Shown here: positions 56,901-64,000 of the stretch, piece by piece
How positions within the stretch are numbered: position 1 is the first letter of the stretch
How the letters are laid out: every line of letters starts with the position of its first letter
DNA from: the human T2T-CHM13v2.0 reference genome, Homo sapiens
Assembly (NCBI RefSeq): GCF_009914755.1
Contig: NC_060934.1
DNA length: 64,000 nt
Direction: 5' to 3' (one strand)
Notes under the pieces: generated by a model
Told to the model about the DNA's origin: nothing
The model's input: the letters and a program-made list of their open reading frames with translations, nothing else
Databases searched by the model: none
Translations under genes and position numbers: made by a program

Positions 56901-57219
56901 AAACACAAGGCTCTTTTTAGCACTGGCAGAGTGCTGGAGGAGGGGTGGCAGGAGGTTTTTCTGGCCAAGCTTGAGCCAGAGTCTTAATAGAGAGGCAGTG
57001 TCCCCCAGGGCCCACAAGGCAGTGACAGGTAACCAAGGTGAGAGAACCATCAGGAAATGGGTCCACCTAAGTAGCCCATGGTCACAAATGTCCCGTTCTC
57101 CTGCCATTGTTAACCCCTGGCAATTCCATGCTTTCCTTTAACAAGAGAGTCCTGTTTCTTCTCTCTGTCTGTGCCTTCATCTTTTTTCTTAGAGGCAAGG
57201 CAATTAAGAATGTAGGCTC

Positions 57220-57522
<303 letters not shown>

Positions 57523-58421
57523 TCAAATTCAGGTACCAGCTCCACCACTTACTGGCTATGGAAACTTGGGCAAATTATCTTGGTGTCTTCATCTGTAAAA
57601 CAGGGTAAACAGGGCACTCCTCTCATGTGGTTACTACAAGGCTTGATTAGGATATTATAGGTAAAGCAATTAAAAGCACCTGGCAGAGTCGGGGATGGTG
57701 CAAGTGTTTGATAAACAACAGCTGTCACTCAGGGTGCTCGCTGTCTAGCCCACTCTTTGTCCCACACATGTGACAGGTCCCGTATCATTTATTCTTCTCC
57801 AAGCCACGCATAACTCTCTGAAGGAAGGGCTGAATACTCTGCACACTCTGGCATTCTCTCTGCTCTTGCAGAATGGCCAACAAACATGTTTTCTTGGTTT
57901 ACTTATCTATGAGGGACCTCTGAAAACACCCAGGTGTGAAATGCTCTCTTAACAGTTGGAACTATCTCAGGACCCTGTGAAGTGGAAAGTAGTCAATAAA
58001 AAACACTGTTGGGTTTACTGTGTTGTGAAAGACCTTAGAAATGATCTAGTTTGACATCTTCACTGTATAGAAGAGGAAGCAGTCCAGGTGGAAAAGGAAA
58101 AAGTCTACCCACAAACTCAGATCTACCCACAAAGTCAGAGTGAGCTTGGGACCTGGACAGGAATGAAACAAGGGCTCTACCTTTCAACACAGCACCGTTT
58201 CCCCCAAAGGATGCTGTCCTGAGTCAAGTCACAGATAGCTAGCTTTGCCTTCCTACAGACCAAATGGTAAGGAGAACGTCATGCTAGTGTCACATTTAAA
58301 GAGAAGCAAAATTCTTTAGTCACTGCAAATACACCTTCTGAATTTTAACACGGTGCCTTGGATGAAGTAAAGGGGCAAGAGACAATTTTGTTGCTTTGAT
58401 TTCACATAAAAAGGCAAAAGA

Positions 58422-58725
<304 letters not shown>

Positions 58726-59040
58726 CTAGGAAATATACCCTCACTTTTGAAATTTCTTCTCAATTCAAACACTTGCCAAATATAGAGTTAATGGAATGTT
58801 CTAGATAATGAAATATACTGGTAAATTAGCAAGTCCAATTTTTAAAGAATGAGAAATATCATGAAACGAAGTATGCTAGCATCTAAATATCATTGAATCT
58901 TCCTATGGGCAAAAAGGCATCTATGCAGCACCACTTTGGGCATTGATGATCATGATTCTGTGATGTAGCACATATTCCAGACTTGTTAGGACAGCCCCAG
59001 CTCAAATTATCTATCTCTGTCCCAATAATTAAAAATTCTG

Positions 59041-59683
<643 letters not shown>

Positions 59684-61006
59684 TCAAGACAGTAAGCATT
59701 ATAAATAGAAATAAATCTAAGCCACAACACTGAAAAACCACAAAAGGAAGGAGGGCTCACAGGCTCATGTACAGAAGCATGTGCACACGAAAGAGAGCTC
59801 GTTAGATCTACAGCTATAGATGTGACACATATTTGTAAGAGCCCCAATGTGGAGCCAATGTGACAGCAGACACAGCTTGAGCAACCATGCAAATTCTGCA
59901 ACCAGAATCTTTAATTACCCATATTCAAGAGAAGGAAGCAAATGGCAAGAAAGGTGGATATCGCAGATTTCTTTTTTTTTTTTTTTTCTAAGAAAAAATA
60001 ATCAACTTTATCGGTGTATTCTGGTCAGAAAACACTGAACTCCAACTCCTATACTTCCTACATATTATCAGACTGAACCATCTCAAATTAACTTTTTAAA
60101 GTAAAAAATAGTCAAATATTGGAATATCACGTTGTTCAAACTAACATATGGCATTATGAAGAAACATAAGACCTCAGTCATCAAAGACAGCCTCTAACAT
60201 GGGTTCAGAAAAATCATCTCTATTTTTAAATTATTTTCTTCAATGAGTTCTGGGGTAGAAAAAGTAGGGTGATTTGGGGTTAACGGTTGTATAAGTTACC
60301 AAAAACTCCATTGACTAGAACTCTTCATTTTCTAAGCATTCCTATTAAAGTTTTACTGCAGAATAATTTATGAGATGTCTGAGGCATGTTGTGAAAAAAA
60401 ATATGTCTGACATTTAAGACTATTTTAAAACATCTCTCTTGCAAAAAGAGCCAGAGGTGTGGCAAGTTTGGGCCTTGCTCATGGCTTGGGGAGAGCTGGG
60501 GTTTTCAGCAGTTAGGGGCAGGGAGCCGGCCCAGCTTCAAAGGCAGAGGCTGGCTCTCCACACACCCTGAGGCGCTATTGAGCAAAGACAGCAACTGTGT
60601 TCCTATCTGGGGCCCCAGCCCTCTGTCTGCCCTTCAAGGTTCCCTGCTGCCTGAGGAAACATGTGAAATATTTCCGTGAAGGGCCGGCTGTGTGGAAGCA
60701 ACAGGAAATAAAGGTTTACCCCAGTGACTTCCCACTAACCAAGAGGCGGGGGTCCATTTGAGAATCACAGTTTTCCAAGTGACTTGTTATTTTTACCAGA
60801 TGTTTTCAAAGGCAGGTCTTGTGCAGAGGATTTGAGAGGTGTTTTTGTTTTTTGGAATAGAAAGTACTTAACCATAAGAAGTATTCTAATTGAGCATTAA
60901 AAGCCGCCCCAAATTTAAACTCACAATGGGGAAAGAAACCTCCACAGAAACATGACTTCTAAATTATCTTTGGGCTTAAGAGAAACTGAGCATTCATATA
61001 CTCTGA

Positions 61007-61371
<365 letters not shown>

Positions 61372-62994
61372 CTTTACCATCTTCTAACAAAGGTGTTAGG
61401 CTAAAGAGACTTCACTGGAACAGCACGGCCCAGATATAAAAACTGGTAGTTCAGCAGCCCCCTCAGATCCCATGGTGACCCTTTCTCCAAACCGCCCACA
61501 CTGCCATTTTGTTAAGGTACCCACGCAAGGAGCACCCTTGCCTTCCACTCTCACTGCTAGGCCTTCCCCAAGCAGTGCCCCCTTGTCTGAAAAATTTTCC
61601 CTCTCCCTCTTCCCAGCCCCTACAAGCTAAGCTGCCACATCATGTCCTTTACATGGTTCCCACTTCCTCCAGAAAGATTTTCTAGGATGGATGGATCCTA
61701 GGAAAGAATGGATGACAGATTTCCACAGCCCCAACTCACCCAGACATGAAAATTTGTGTTTATGATCTTTCTTTCTTTCCCACTTATGGAACCTGCACTC
61801 TTTTATTATTAATGTATTTATTTGCCTAAGGTGCTATTTTCTCTTGTCTACTGATTGCTCAGTGCAACGCATCTAGCTCCAAATATGAGCTTCTACAAAG
61901 CAATGTTTTCAGCCTCATTACATAGAGAAGGACTGAAGGAAATAAGGAGGCTCAGCCTAAAGAAATGTGAACCAGGAGGTGCAGGCTGGGGGCCGGACAG
62001 GGCAGAGTGGAGTTCTGCCTCCTCCATTTCAGGTCCTATCTAAGGGCATTTTGCTTTGCCTCTTTGGGCTTCACTCCTCTTCTGCAAGGAATGAAATAAT
62101 AAGACCAGCTTTGGGGCTATGACAATGACAATGTGATACGTGTAAAACCTTAGGTACACAGAGGAATCAAGTCCTTCGTCATTGCCGATGCTTTTCCAAA
62201 GCTCTGCCCACACCCCTTATAAATAGTTCCTTCATTAAAATCGCCTTAAATTACCTGATTTAAATGTGCCATATGTTTTCTGCCAGGCCTCCAAAACGCT
62301 CAGTAAATGACATTTTCCTTTCCTTATCTTCCCCACCTTGCCCCTAATATGCCATTTTCTACCTAACAAAAACTCACTTCTTTTAAAAATATAACCCTTT
62401 ACTCTCTAATGTTTAATTACTTCCATATCATCTCAATGTTGAACTTGGTCTCTATAAGCCTGGTTTACCCAAATTATAGATTCTGGCACCATGTCTGACT
62501 AAATCTGTATTTGAAGTTTCTAAATGTCTCACTGATTTACAAGGTCATAAAATCTCCAGGCTCAAAGCACCCTTAGATTAGCTAAGCCAACATTTCCCAA
62601 AATGTGTTCCACAAAACACTGTGTGTTCCCGGAAAAGTTAGCAGGAATGCAGCAGAAAATGTGTTCCAGGGTCTCGCAAGTTTGCAACATCCACGGAGAC
62701 TCTCAGAGACTTTCAATGACATATTTAGGCATCTGAAAAGTCTTGCCCAAAAGAATCCTATTTAAATTAGCCAAAGCAGCATTTCATCAACTTATTTGGC
62801 CACAGAGCCCCTCACCCACCCCAACCCTTAGGGTACCCATTAACATCCTGCATCATAAATGTTCATAAAATACCCCTAGAAGGGGAGAGAAGACAGACAA
62901 ATTCACTTTCCCAAAGTCAGAGAGTAAATGGTGAAGCTGGCTTCAAACCCAGGTCTCTTAGACCCTCAGTCCCCTGCTCTTATCACTACACTAA

Positions 62995-63162
62995 AGGTTC
63001 TCAAAAGTCAGCATACAGCACAGCCACGAGCAGGGCTTGTCAAAGGGCAGACTGCTGAGCTCTGGCCCCAGACTTTCTATCTACTTCAGTGGGTATGAGC
63101 GCATTTGTAACTAGTTCCCAGGTGATCCTGCTGCTACAAGGCACCTGTCGAGAACCACTGAA
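62995..63162. mobile_element. MER5A-like relic
   Basis: ggttctcaaa...gggcttgtcaaa...cagactgctg...gttcccaggtgatcctgctgct...gagaaccactg. Confidence 0.7.
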
Positions 63163-63920
63163 CTACATCCATCTGTAGGGGTACAGGAGATGGGTGGCAC
63201 CTTGCCCTAAAGAGTAAAGACCTAGTGGGTGGCCGAGGCATAAACACGTGAAAACACCTAAATGACAAAAGGTTTAAGGAACTACACTTCAACATACAAT
63301 GCCATATCTAACTAACTGCCAAAAATTCCAGAGTCAAAGAATTACAAAAGTTAGACAGAACTGAGCTAGACCTTGAAGGATAGAAAGGTCTGTATAAGAA
63401 AGAGATGAATGCTTTCCACGGGAAGAGCATTCCAAGTGGAAACAATGGTTCCTATTATCCCAATATTTGTGTTTGTAAAATCATAGCTTTTGGAGCTGGA
63501 AGAGACCTGGCCTGTATGTCTTTGGAAAACACTCTAATTCTTACATTTAAATATGGGTGTGACTGCTATCTCAAAAATTCACAGCAAAACACTTAATGCA
63601 AAATAGAGTAGTTCCTCTACAAATAAGTGATTTGGAGGAGTTAGCAAAGGTCTTCCTGCTCCCTTTCCATCTGCAGCTTTACTTCCTCAGGTCACCACCC
63701 CCACTGCCTTGTAGTCCATCCCCAACAACCTAAACCAAGGACCACTAAATCTGCAAGTCAACAGTTCATGCTTTCCTTGGAAAGTGGGGAGCAAAGTAGT
63801 CAAAATAGTTCTCATGCAAGTGCCTTTCTAATAGAGCTTCGATGAGATGAAACAGTTTCTTGACATCGCCTCTATGTCCTGCTGCATTCCCAAACAACAA
63901 GCAATAGAATCTGGGGAAAG

Positions 63921-64000
63921 GGCGGGGCACGGTGGCTCACACCTGTAATCCCAGCACTTTGGGAGACTGAGGTGGGCGGATCACCTGAATTCAGGAGTTT
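63921..64000 (+). mobile_element. Alu, cut by the window edge
   Basis: gggcacggtggctcacacctgtaatcccagcactttggga. Confidence 0.92.

Noticed and set aside
56692-57141. 149-aa plus-strand ORF
   Set aside because: TTG start, antisense to the gene, no recognisable domain; within chance expectation.

Overview
Human (primate) genomic DNA, not microbial: Alu-rich, intron-dominated, with no rRNA, tRNA, CRISPR or operon structure. The window is an internal 64 kb of the SORBS1 gene (CAP/ponsin) on the minus strand. Eight exons with GT-AG boundaries and matching phases spell the N-terminal ~318 residues of SORBS1 (MSSECDGGSKAV...TIVLLQHNR): 34303-34357 (start codon), 30667-30732, 27799-27894, 25625-25753, 15367-15393 (27-nt microexon), 15138-15250, 7668-8036 and 3807-3951. 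The SoHo and SH3 exons lie beyond position 1. Positions 34358-64000 read as upstream intron with no exon I can recognise. The most notable unexplained signal is a CpG-rich, proline-rich 248-codon sense ORF at 8634-9380. It has a phase-0 acceptor, a distant branch point, a ~115-nt AG-free zone and two in-frame donor candidates (one GC-type), so it looks like a large regulated cassette exon missing from the canonical protein as I recall it; it may already appear in predicted transcript models. Other points are a convergent pair of extended CTCF motifs around the first four coding exons, a nearly abutting inverted Alu pair, repeated same-site Alu insertions and several splicing-regulatory motifs. 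I do not see a new multi-gene system. Gene identity, variant names and repeat subfamilies are from recall, not database searches, and repeat boundaries are approximate.
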